Source: Ekhidna sp. (GTDB lineage: Bacteria; Bacteroidota; Bacteroidia; Cytophagales; Cyclobacteriaceae). From it: a DNA stretch of 64,000 bases. The stretch covers positions 56,905 to 120,904 of the forward strand of contig CBDHDT010000100.1 of NCBI GenBank assembly GCA_965261215.1. The letters are read 5' to 3'. Below are positions 36,440-47,934 of the stretch, piece by piece (the first letter of the stretch is position 1; each line of letters opens with the position of its first letter). The notes under the pieces were generated by a model that searched no databases, was not told the DNA's origin, and was given only the letters and a program-made list of their open reading frames with translations. Made by a program: the position numbers and the translations under genes.

Positions 36440-39100
36440 ACGTATTGCCTGGTATGGCCGATGCAGTATATATGTGCCATACATTCATACATTACGGACT
36501 CGACATTAAAAAAGGAAATGGTCATCTTAGAAAATCCGCCATAGATGGGCGAGATTCATCCGATGAAGAAAAATGTTACAGATTCTAAGGCCAAAGTAAA
36601 GAAACATGGATGAACATGCAGCATGCTTGATTAAGTGCTGTTAGGGAAAGGATGCTGGAGTTTTATTCAGACTAGAATACTCATTACATCAACACACTAG
36701 AATTGGATGTGACAAGTTCTTGATAGTGGAAACTATTTTCGATCTTGCTAAGGTAAACACAGTTTCTTGCATGTGTGCAGCTGCTCTCTCTTTCGGACAA
36801 TGAGTAGACGCTGAATAGTTAAGCCTATACAGAAAGAATAACTTGTGCATATAGTCAATAGTTGTGCTAATGATATAGAGTATACAGAAAACAATAAACA
36901 GTGTCAAAAGTGCAAACTTTCAATTGAACAAATTCTTGTCAGCTTCTGCATGGTCTTCACTTAGTTTTCTGATAATTTCTGCAGAAAGTACTGCTTGCAG
37001 ACCTAACTCTTAATGTGTTGCTCTTCTCATCCTCATAGAAAGCAGTTTCAAACAAAAATACTTACTGCCACATGAACATTTCCATTTCAGAATTTGTCAT
37101 TCCGTTGTGTTGTAGGCATCAGGTTGTTCTATCATACACCTGTAAGGAATGCAGTAAAGGAATGCAAATCTTGGCTACATCCCCATATTACTATTCAACC
37201 ACTTACAACAGTTGTGAATTTCTAAGGAACATAATTCTCGACTGCATCACATTTCACAATCAAAGAAAATCTCTGCAAATCAAATTCTTGATGATGGAAC
37301 TATTTCCAATCCAGCTAAGGTAAGCACATTTTCTTGCGTGTTTACTGCAGCTCTCTCTCTCTCTCGAATAGTGACTACATAACTGGAGAGTTTACCATAT
37401 CTAGAAACCATAACTGATGCAGCTAATGATATAGAGCAAACTGAAAACAATAAACAGTTTTTAAATATGCAAACTATCATTTCAACAATTTCTGCAGAAA
37501 GCACTGCCTGATGCCCCAACACTTAATGTGGTACTCATCTTTAAGGAAAGCAGCTTCCAAATAATTTTAACAAAACAACTTCCACATGCATATTTCCATT
37601 TCAGAATTTTTAATCCCATTACTTTGTCTGGTATCTGGTTGTTCAATCTTGCATGTCTGTGAAATATCTAAAAACCTACAATTCTTGGTTACTTCCCCAT
37701 ACTACAGTCCAACCACTTACACAAGTTGTGAATCTCTAAGAAATTCTTGGCTGTATCACATCCCACAATCGTAATGAAGACATCTACATATCACATCATA
37801 AATCAGTATTGGGTTAGCTCTTCAGCTTGTCCATACCAACGTTGTGGCCAGAGCAATGTCGATTTTTTTTGCCTGTGTAGTAGTTAAGGCTAGGCAAATA
37901 TCTAGAAAATAGAACAAAAATCTTGACAATACTGACATTACTGCCTTATGACATCACCCCTAAAATGCTTTCCTATTTGTTTCTAAGTAAAGTAGAAACT
38001 CTAACACAATGTAATTCACTCTCAGCTATATTTCCATATGTGCATTTCTATCTATATATACTATATATTGCCATACGTCCATAACCCAAAGAGTGCACAG
38101 AAGATTTTACGGACTAGACTAAAAACGGAAACTGTTGTCTTAGAAAACCAGCCTTATATAAGCTAGATTCATCAATGATGAAGAAATGCACATGGCCTGC
38201 TTGTTTAATAGCTGTCACGGAAAGCACACTGATGTTTTATTCTGAGTAATCTAATCAATTCATCACAATACTGGCATTGGCTGTGATACAAGTTCTTGAT
38301 AGTAGAAACTATTTTCAATCTTGTTGAGGTAGACACTGTTCCTTGTATGTGTGCAGCCTCTCACTCTCTTTCAGACAACGAGTATGGACAGGCTGGATAG
38401 TTTAGCATACATAAAAAAACATAATTGATGCATGTAATCAATACTTTGTTAATGATATAGAGCATAGTGAAAGCAATAAACAGTATCAGCTTCAGCATGG
38501 TCTTCCCTTGGTAATCTGATAATTTCTGCAGAATGAACTGCCTGATGAGCTCACTCTTAATGTGGTGCTCTTCTCATCTTCAAGGAAAGCAGTTTCTAAT
38601 TACTCGTAACAAAACAACTATTTCCAAATGTACATTTCAGAATTTTTCATCCCATTATGCTGTGGGTATCAGGTAAGGAATACAGTAAAAACATAAAATT
38701 CATGGCTACTTTCCCATATTAAAATCCAACCAATTACACCAGTTCTGAATCTATAAGGAACATATAATTCTCAACTGCATCACATCTCACAATCATAAAA
38801 AATACATCTACAAGTCAATTCATAAATCGGTACTGGGTTAGCTCGTCAGCTTCCTTACTAAGGTAATGGCCAGAGCAATGGCTATGATTTAGCCTGAGCA
38901 GTAGTTAAGGCTAAGAAAATATCTAGAATAATAAAACAATAATCCTGACAATTCTGACAACCAATACTGCCTTATGACATCCTTCTCCTTATGACATCAC
39001 TCTCCTTATGACATCACTCTCCTGACATCACACTTTGTGTTTTTTCATGTAAGTAAAGTAGCTACTTTTACATAAATCAAAGCAATTTACTCTCAGCCAT
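36440..39100 (+). repeat. Nested tandem repeat in duplication copy A: ~0.5-kb units inside a ~1.5-kb higher-order period
   Basis: The block ...ttcttgatagt.gaaactattttc.atcttg..aaggta.acac...aataaacagt...ttctgcagaa.g.actgc...catttcagaattt... recurs near 36710, 37280 and 38290. The 36440-36710 segment recurs at 38050-38290. Confidence 0.75.
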
Positions 39101-39639
39101 ATTTCCATATGTGTTTTTCTGTCTCACAACCAGTATTTGCTGGCATGGCAGTATTTACTCACCTTCAATGTTTGAATGGCAATACTAGTATGTTATAGAT
39201 GCTAGCTGAAAGGCTGCACAACTGTGGACGAGGTAGTGCATGCTATTGCTGCCGGAGGGTTCCTGTCCCTTTTCAGCCACGAAGATGCAGACTATGTCCA
39301 CACTCAGAAACTGGCTACTACTCTTGAGTATGCTACATTTATGATCGACCAGCTGAAAGTCAAGCAGCAGTACAGCAACTACAGACCACACAGACTTTGG
39401 TACAACTGAAGTGATCAACGGCAAAGGAACTACCACGATGAAGGACACTGGAGGAGAAACTACAATCCTTCATCACCTAGACGAGATCAACCAAGCATAC
39501 TCTCTCTCAACCTGTCAACAGGATACTGATTCTAAACACAGCAGCAACCAGGATAGCAAAACTGTGGTGTGCATGGCTGTGGGAAAATGAGCCACAAACA
39601 TCCGCATGACAGATCCGGAGGATAATATCTCCCACACCT

Positions 39640-39830
39640 CAGGAATGAGCAGGAAAGATTGGTCAGTTCAAATGGGGCAGACTCCCCATTGATTCCGGTT
39701 CTGTTTTTATTATAGTGTATCTGAGACATGTCCAACCATATGACACAGGAGAAACTACCACACTGTTTGGCTTTGGCAGCATGCACGAGAATGGCCCCTG
39801 GCAAATGTTAGATTCCATGTGGGCAAACAT
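39640..39830 (+). pseudogene. Retropepsin-like protease remnant of the retroelement
   Basis: The frame giving GQFKWGRLPIDSGSVFIIV has D-S-G at 39691-39699. A CX4CX4H-like knuckle remnant (CGVHGCGKMSHKH) lies upstream at ~39562-39609. Confidence 0.5.
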
Positions 39831-40249
39831 TATGACTTCTACACCATTGTACTCGCTGACTTGGTCAACCAGGACAATGCATACCTTGGGATGCTCCTAG
39901 ATCTTTTGGACCATCTTCTGTATGTCGAAAAACCGCAGCGAGCTCAAGCTGCCTTGGTGCAAGTGACCAGAGCACAGGCTGCCAAGGACCAAGCTGAGAA
40001 ACAACTGGGTGATGAAGCAACCTAACAGTCAGGAGCAGCTCCCATACTATGGGTGACATTTACGACTTTGATGACTTAACGCTCCAGACAGACCCATTCA
40101 ATCAGGTTCCAGTGCAGGCTGTGTCACAAGCCAATCTGACTAACTCTGAGCTAATTCCAGCTATCTCGGATCGAGTGGACCTCATTGAGCAGAAAATAGT
40201 GGACTCATCACTAGCTCTTCTACATTATGTAGCAGACGAACAAGAGAAT

Positions 40250-41345
40250 GGCTATTCCTGGGAGGATGACCTTCTTATGCACCATGACATGGACAAACTT
40301 GGTACCAACCGTATCAGAATTGTGCTGCCAGAATCTAGACCCCACACAGTTTTAAAAATGGCACACTTGGCTCTCACTACTTTGCAATAAAGATGGCATA
40401 AGCTCGAATTAGACAGCATTTCAGTTGACCAGTACATGAGTATTGCTGTACCTGCCCCGAGTGCCAATGTGCTGCTCCATACATGCACAGCCATGTCCCT
40501 CTCAACCATAGCCAATCACCGTGACACATTTTCCAAAATATCCTTTGAAATAATAGGACTTCTACCCTGGACCAAATCTGGTTACTAGTATTGGTTGACC
40601 AGAATGTGTTGCACAAGCAAATACCCATGGGCGATCCCACTCAAAAGAGTCACTGCTGAGATCATAGCTGAGGCTATGATGGAGGTATTCTCTAGAACCG
40701 GCCTCCCAGAAGAAATTCTTACTGACCATGGCATTATTTTTGTTGGTCATATTATACCCAATCTGTTACCTGTTAGGTATTGACCATCTGAAGATGTCTC
40801 CCTCCAGCCCCAATATGCATGCTGAAGCACTGGCATGCCTAACTCAAGGCTATACTAAGGAAGGCCACTGAAGACAAACAGAATTTGGATGGTACCATAA
40901 GTTCTCAGTGTTGTCTTACTGAGATAACCCCCACACCATGATGAGACATGCCTCATTTGAGCTCATCTATGGCCAGAACACCAGAGGCCCTCTGAAAGTG
41001 CTCTAGTCCACATGGTTGACAGGAGAAACCTATAAAACTACTGTGGTAGACTAATTTAGGGTTTCAAAGCACAGGATGGAAAACATGGCAGCCATTGTCA
41101 GCCCATGAGAACAGGCAGCCAAAGAAAGAAGTCTTAAGACAGGACAGTAACATGCAGGGAGTTCCCACCTGGATCCATGGTCTTGATCCGAGTGTTTCAT
41201 CTCACAGGCAAGCTGGTGGACTTTTGAAATGGCAATATGATATTACACAGAAGGCCTCTCCACTCAATTACCGGATCGCTATTTCTGGGAGAGTCAACTG
41301 TTCAAGAATGCCACACATTAGCATGTTGAAATCTTGGCGGACAGT
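40250..41345 (+). pseudogene. Integrase remnant (gypsy-type) of the retroelement
   Basis: Translated motifs across frameshifts: YSWEDDLLMHH...NRIRIVLPESRPHTVLKMAH; KYPWAIPLKRVTAEIIAEAMMEVFSRTGLPEEILTDHGIIF; SFELIYGQNTRGPLKVL; MPHISMLKSW. Confidence 0.7.
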
Positions 41346-41399
41346 CGACAACAGAAGACAACCAGGAAAACCCTTCTCAACCACCTGGCCTCTATCTCT

Positions 41400-42400
41400 C
41401 ATTGCACTGACCGAGCAGCAAGCAGAGCAACTGCAGGCTCTCCTGCCCCATTTTCCACAAGTCCTTACCACCGCACCTGGTCTTGTTACCTTTGTCAGCA
41501 AGGAATCAGCACCAATGAAGCTCTACCTATAAGGACTGCACCCACTGTCTGGCCCCAGCCAAGAAAGACCAGCTATGATTGGAGATACACACCATATGAG
41601 AGGCTGGCATCCTAAACTATCACTAAGTTTTTGATTGTCCTCTCTCCTACTAGTATGGAAAAGAGACAGTAGAATTAGACTATATGTGGACTTCAAATAA
41701 CCACGGTCCTGGACCCGTATTTGATGCCAAGGATAGATCATATCATAGACGACAATGTAGCGGGTAATGGACGTGTTAATCCCATGGGTTGCAAGGTGGC
41801 AGTTATCCAGAGACATTGCTAAACCCAAGACGAAATCTGACACAACTCCTTCTTAGGACTCACTGGGTATTATCAAAAGTTTGTTCCTCAATTCGCCCAG
41901 TACTCGTTAACACTCACTGCATCTACTACTAAAGCAGCCACAGAGACAATTGAGTGGACGGATGTGATGAATTCTGATTTTGTATACTCAAAAAAAATCT
42001 CTCTCTACTTTACACTCTCTTGCTATCCCCAGATACACACAAATTTTCATATTGCAGGCGGATGCTTCAATCAGAGTTCTGGGTGCTGTACTCACAGTTA
42101 TCAGGGACAGAGTCAAGATGCAGATGACCATTTACTCCCAACAGCTGCTGCCAGCCGAAATGTTACTTTCCACTGAATTGAAAGGCCTGGCTATTATTTC
42201 CGCAGTTGAATATTTTAACTATCACTTGATTTGCCAACCCTTCTCCATCCAAATTAACTACCATGCCTATTATTCCTGCCACTACCAAACAATTCAACAG
42301 ATCCCTGGCAATTTGGGCATTGCGACTACAGTACATCTTCACCACCTATAGGCTCGGCAATGAGATTGCCAATGTGGGTGCTCAGCAGGCCAGGACAGAC
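41400..42400 (+). pseudogene. RT (N-terminal part, core apparently deleted) plus RNase H remnant of the retroelement
   Basis: Translated motifs: LTEQQAEQLQALLPHFPQVL; KRDSRIRLYVDFK (KKDGS.R.CVDYR-like); SLGIIKSLFLNSP (FLGL.gYYR-like); FILQADASIRVLGAVL...STELKGLAIISAVEYFNYHL. No YxDD motif was seen between these blocks. Confidence 0.6.
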
Positions 42401-42879
42401 GACAATGTTCCAGTTAAAGATGTATTTCAGCCACTAGAAGAAGGGGAGGATACTGAGCCCCAGCCTAACTAGAACATGAACATATGCATGAATACTATCA
42501 CACACTGAGTAGCTAGCCCTTGCATCCCTGCCAACAGATACTAAACTTATCTAATATACACCTGAACACAATAATTTCTTAACTAAACTTATCATGAATT
42601 GCTAGTTTGGGTACAAGCCACCCTTAGCTAGGTGGGTTGGATAGCTTAGACTCTGGTGGCAGATATCTACATCCTTACCCCAAAAGCCACAAAACCTGAT
42701 ATTTACCCAGCACAGAGTTGAACTGATCCAGCAGCCACTTGAATATCTCCTCTAGCAACAGACAAGATGGCTTTACGATATGTCTTGTATTTTGCCAACT
42801 ATGCCATTTTGTCTTTCATCTGGTCTTTTGTGAAGTGTAATAAGGCGACATGCTAATAAAGAAGCAGTACACTAGGAAT

Positions 42880-43650
42880 CGATCATGGTGATACATAAAT
42901 GTTTGGCTGAGAAAGTAAGAGACTGACAGAGAGCATGTGAGGAAGAGTTAAAAGATATGCACCTTCTTCTCCAGGCAATAGCATCCAGACATGATAAACC
43001 TGCAGCCTCACTTGTGTGCAGTGAAGTAAAATGGATCAGTAATGCATCAATTTTATTGTAGATGACGGGATGGATATCTGGTAGAACACCTTGATTGATG
43101 GGTTCATGTGAGATAGGACAGGGGGATGCTTACTCCCCAGGATCCTCTCACAGATAATGATTCTGTATCATTAGTACTTGTTGCTTCATTGAGGTGGAGG
43201 ATACACCGCTGCTGCTTGCGTCTTCCCCTGAAACATCAGGTTTGCAAAAGAACACGATAGTTACTGCTCAGCTTGTTTTGAGAACATAGGTATGTGTTTC
43301 TGTATTGTCCTCCCTCCTTAACCAGGTCTATTAGATTCCCACCTTTCCAAGTCTTTAGGTATCTCTCTACACAGGCAGTTTGTTCCCTTACATTTGAAGT
43401 GCAGTAGGGTTTCTGGACCAGTCATACGGCATAACAATGGATGCCTTCTGAGCCACTGATTTGAGGGCTACGGCTGTGGAAAAAGCATAAAAAAGATGTG
43501 CTAATTCAGACACAAACAACTTGCCAGTATTTCCTTGAGGGAGCTTGAAGCAATTCTTTCGCCAATGCATAAGTTCACCATAGGTGGGTTCAAATGATAT
43601 GATAATGATCCCGAGTCCATTAACCCCCAGGAAAACTTTCAATCATCTAT
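42880..43650 (-). mobile_element. N-terminal ORF fragment of a second, unrelated retroelement-like sequence (3'-truncated)
   Basis: Minus-strand translation gives HWRKNCFKLPQGNTGKLFVSELAHLFYAF...ALKSVAQKASIVMP and then GVLPDIHPVIYNKIDALLIHFTSLHTSEAAGLSCLDAIAWRRRCISF. From memory, these motifs match N-terminal regions of RT-containing ORFs common in aquatic invertebrates. Confidence 0.4.
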
Positions 43651-44029
43651 GGATACAGGTTTAGAAATAGAATGGACTGAGTAGATGGTAGAGGTGATTA
43701 CATTGGTGGTGGTGATTCCACTTGGTCTGGTTGAGCGGAATCATACATTGCAGGACTGTGGACATTAATTGGAATTCAGGCTCTGAATCGTAACAATATG
43801 CTGTTGTGGGATTGGTTGAGGTTGGATTGTGGGAGGTAGGTGGCATGCTGTTATTGCACAGGAGCAACTGATGAACTAATCATCTGAAGGTTTATGTAAT
43901 TCTTCTTACTTGGTAAGTAATCGATTTAATAAACAATAAACAGTGACAAGTTGTCTAAATAGTGCCGCAGCAAAATATTGCGTGTAATATATTACTATAA
44001 AACTGGACTATCATTCCACTAAAGTGAAG

Positions 44030-44440
44030 GGTTACCTCCTGCTCATGATTCCATGCATGCGTACTGCCGCTCTCTCTTGGACACTGAGTAGACTGGCTAC
44101 TTAGTTAAGCAAGTATATTTAGAGATCAAAACTGTCAATAAAGGAGAGTTAGGCTAATGATGGAGAGCACTAAAAATAATAAACAGTGACTAGAGAGCAA
44201 ACTATGCAAAAAGCACAGTCTAATGACCTTACTCTTAGTGTAGTGCGCATCCCATCTTCAAGGGAAGCAGCTTCCAAGGTTAACAAAACTCCTTACTTGC
44301 ACATGCACATTTCCATTTCAGAATTTGTCATCCCATTATGTAGTGCATCAGGATATTCAACCTTGCACATTAAAGAATGTATAAATATACACAATTCTTG
44401 GCTACTTCCCAATTCACAATCCAACACCATTACATGAAAT
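44030..44440 (+). repeat. Isolated copy of the 0.5-kb repeat unit found in the duplicated segments
   Basis: The blocks ...ctctctcttggacactgagtagactggct..., aataaacagtgac, cttcaagggaagcagcttccaag, and cacatgcacatttccatttcagaatttgtcatcccattatg align with units at 37280-37790 and 61320-62450. Confidence 0.7.
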
Positions 44441-45160
44441 ATGAATATATCATTAATGTATTTTACCTTCAGCTATGCTAGGGGTGTATAGGACAATGGG
44501 TAGAGTAATGAACTAACCATGCTAGGATTTAAAGTTTTGTCCCTAGGGCATTAGGCTAAAATAATCATCAGTTTGTGTTTCTTTAGTTTCTCTCTTTTCC
44601 TCTTCCCTCTCTTGCACTTCGCTCGCCTCACAATACCTTGCATTCATTTCTTGTACTATAGCTATATTCACTATTACAGCAACACAATGACTATAGGGGC
44701 ATTAGACAATCTACCTTGAAAAAATTTGGACTCGCACTGAGAATGACAGCCTCAAAGTGGAAAGATTGGGGGGGACTCTTGGCATCTTTGTTCTTGGATG
44801 TCGTCAACAATGAAAGTTCTATGCAATGTTCTAGACAATAATAAAATATGGTTGTGGTGGATGTAAATAGTTTTGGTTACAAGATTGCATGCTGATATAG
44901 GAAAACTGTATTTTGGTTTCTAACCTGGAAAGAAAGAAAGCAAAGCTCTTCAGAGTAGGATGAAGGGCTACTTCCAGATGTAGCTGCTCAGGATCTATGA
45001 AACAGAAGCTGCACCTACTGGAAAATAGCGTATTATCTACTGCTAGCTCTTTTTTTTAATAGTTTTCACCTTCTGCACTCACTAATGTTGAAGGTGATGG
45101 TAGGATGATGGTATAGAAACCAGTGAAGGAGTCCTTGGTTCAGAATAAAAAATAGGAAGT

Positions 45161-45358
45161 CTAGCTGGTCATTATATATGGTTGAGGTTTTATGTTGTTC
45201 TTGTTCTTATACTGCATCCAAGTAATAAGTCCATGTTCCTTTCTCATAATTTGTACGTCTGGTGAAGCCACACACCCTGTGGTTGCTAAGGTTTCAAGTG
45301 GATTTCGGAGATCGATTGGTAGCACTAGAATCTGGGCATGAAGGACTCCTCCAGGCTT
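45161..45358 (-). CDS. Same gene, terminal exon 9
   Basis: The signal is ttttaaaag|AAGCCT...AGCTAG. Translation: KPGGVLHAQILVLPIDLRNPLETLATTGCVASPDVQIMRKEHGLITWMQYKNKNNIKPQPYIMTS*. The nine exons sum to 1362 nt, or 454 codons, with a consistent phase chain. Confidence 0.5.
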   Translation of the reverse strand, partial: KPGGVLHAQILVLPIDLRNPLETLATTGCVASPDVQIMRKEHGLITWMQYKNKNNIKPQPYIMTS

Positions 45359-45852
45359 CTTTTAAAATCAAAGATGATTGTTGGTTTCCTGCTTATATAG
45401 CAGGAATGCCTTATTATCATGTGATTATAAGATAGCATACATCTTTCTAGTCATAAAAAAACAACAAATTTGAACAAATTCTGAACAGCAGTTGGTAAGT
45501 TATGCTAGGCTGTAAACAAAGCATCTGGGAATGTTTAACTTGTTTTGACACTATATTCTTCTACCATACCTGGAAGGAGGGGTGATTGTATATATGCCAT
45601 AGAAATTTTCCCACCAGAAAATAAAGAGTTTGTAATAGTTTGCATTCTATTAGAAACTCTACTATTATGATGAAGAAAAAAGAAGATATTTGGGTTTACT
45701 ACCCTCCGACTACCTAATTAGTCACTGTTACAGTATAATTACATTATGCAATATATTGATCATGCAAAAGTATTATCATAAAAATTAAAAACACAAAAAA
45801 ATTCTTGTAAATATATGCATATACAGTTTAATTAATAATCAATTACCAGTAC

Positions 45853-45946
45853 CTGTGATGTATAGTTACTAGCTACATGAACAGAATTAAAGTTTTCCGC
45901 TCCATCTACTGGATCCAAGGTCTGCAGTCCCATTCTCTTTCGCCAT
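45853..45946 (-). CDS. Same gene, exon 8 (assignment rests on phase and motif continuity)
   Basis: The signal is ttactatag|ATGGCG...TCACAG|gtactg. Translation: (K)WRKRMGLQTLDPVDGAENFNSVHVASNYTSQ. It accepts phase 2 from exon 7 and ends in phase 0. Confidence 0.5.
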
Positions 45947-46187
45947 CTATAGTAACTTCCATAATAAAATTAATTCATATACAGTAAAAAAAAAAAATTA
46001 ATCAACATTGAAGGGCTCAGAACAAGTCACGTAACGCACAAATTACTGGTTCTGGTTTTTCCCCCTGATTTACTGTTGCATACTGTGGTACAACATTATA
46101 TACAGTGATTTTGCCAACTGCTGCATGCATTGTTATAAGCCACAGGAGTTATCCTCAAAGGAAGTGTCTGAACTTTCTTGAGCCTTA

Positions 46188-46927
46188 GGGGGGGGGTCTA
46201 TCCCAAGCTTCCGAAATTGTTTTTTTTTGGTTTTTTACCTGTCATAACTTTTTTCCCCTTTACTCTGTGCAAATAATTATTATACCAGCTTGTTGCTTAT
46301 TGTGTGTGCTTTAAGATGATATGTAAAAAGGCTCTATAGGCACTTTTTCTTAGAAGATATAGCCAAACACGCAAGGGTTACTCAAAAAATGGCACTTCCT
46401 AATTTATAACATGTCTAATTTCGAGGTGCCTTGAGCTACAGACCCCAAACTTCCTGTGTGGCTTGCTAACACCCTAAGTTGTGATATGACTCAGCCATAA
46501 TTAAAACGCGGTGAAGTGTTGAATAGATATGAGACACTTTATTTCCAACCCCGGCAAAATCCACGGAAATCTGTGACCCCGCCTCTTCCAATCACCATAA
46601 CTCAACATTGCTTCACGGAAGAAAAAAATTGACTGAGTCATATCACAGCTGAGGCTTATGGGAAGCCACAACACAAGTTTGGGGTCTGTAGCTCAAGGCA
46701 CCTGGTAATTAGACATGTTATAAATTAGGAAGTGCCATTTTTTGAGTGACCCTTGCGTGTTTGGCTATATCTTCTAAGAAAAAGTGCCTATAGAGACTTT
46801 TTACATATCATCTTAAAGCACACACAATAAGCAACAAGCTGGTATAATAATTATTTGCACAGAGTAAAGGGGGGAAAGTTATGACAGGTACAAAACCAAA
46901 AAAAAAATTTCGGAAGATTGGGATAGA
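46188..46927. mobile_element. Palindromic MITE family, copy 2 (divergent and degraded), inside the long intron between exons 7 and 8
   Basis: The left end reads ggggggggtctatcccaagcttccgaaatt and the right end aatttcggaagattgggataga, which has lost the terminal C-run. It shares the ~150-bp subterminal core (ctgtcataactttt...ccaaacacgcaagggt) on both arms. The inner arms pair only partly. Confidence 0.75.
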
Positions 46928-47934
46928 TAACATGGTAACGATTTTTGTGAAACCTGTATAGCTATTTATAAGTTCTCCTGGTCCTTCATCGGTAACAGGC
47001 TCAGAGACATCATCCGGGGTTTTAGAAGGAAGGAATATCCCACCTATATATCATGATTTCTATAAGAAACTTTAATCTGGCGATGCAGCAAATCCAAATC
47101 TGAGGACTAATGTTACACCGCACTATAATGACAAGCAGAAATAGTTTCAGATTCAAAATATGTTGTGTTTTTTTTATTGTGCTCAAATTTTTCGTTAGAC
47201 ATGTTGAAAGTCCTATCACATTTAAATTCCTTAAATAAATTCTATTATTTCATTAAGAAACGTAAACTATGACAAAAGCAAGATAACGCGAGTTACATTA
47301 CTCTGGTTCGCGGCCTTTCAATTGTGAGTGCATGTGTGTGCGTATGAGAATATGCCTCCAACACTAGCTATATTCCGGCACTTTTAGTGCCCAAACAGAA
47401 ATTTCAGGGGAAATAGGAGGAGAAGTACCAAGTTGGAATCAATGTTATAAGTATTTTGTCTTACACTATCCTAGGTCAAATGTTGGTTGTTGAGCATGTG
47501 AAAAATTGCTTTTTATTCTGCTGAATTTTCAATAATTAAACTTTGAACAATGCTACTATTCAAGGAGAAAGTATAGTCTTGTATGTCCCTGCATGAAACA
47601 GTTCAACTATAAGAAATGTAAGGAACAGATAAAAAGGATTCAGAAGCCAGAGGAACAAAGGAAGCAACATCATCCAGATTTGTGTAGGAAAAAAATAGAA
47701 AGCTCCTCTACAGTCTACATGATATGAGAAGGAAAGTCCTGAGAAGCAAACATATGTATTTACAGTAAGCATGCAATGAGAGAGCAGGAAATCTTTAGAT
47801 GCCAGTTGAGAGCATTATCACCTACACTTCTGAATCCATAGTCTAAAGGTTTACATAGCCTACCATGACAGAACATTGGTTTTAAAGTATGTGGAAAAAG
47901 GAATGGCAAAACTGTCTGGGGAGTGGTTGATGCC

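Larger units (their letters stand above)
39198..42480 (+). mobile_element. Decayed Ty3/gypsy-like retrotransposon internal region with gag-PR-IN-RT-RH order (Gmr1-like order); no LTRs recognised
   Basis: Homology between the duplication copies stops at 39197. Downstream on the + strand, with stops and frameshifts, the sequence reads a Zn-knuckle remnant, a DSG protease motif, integrase motifs, an RT N-terminal region and an RNase H region, in that order. Confidence 0.7.

Noticed and set aside
37072-37323. ORFs of the MNISISEFVIPLCCRHQVVLSYTCKECSKG... type at 37072, 37586, 44186 and 61097
   Set aside because: They lie in the 0.5-kb tandem repeat. The frame is shifted by 1-nt indels or stopped in other units and between the A and B paralogs. 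They are reported only as splice-signal-bearing repeat units.
42480-42880. A possible 3' LTR of the gypsy-like element, with a matching 5' LTR before 39198
   Set aside because: I found no direct repeat of this segment upstream of 39198, where A/B duplication homology runs right up to the element. No TG...CA-bounded pair was recognised either. The LTR status is left open.
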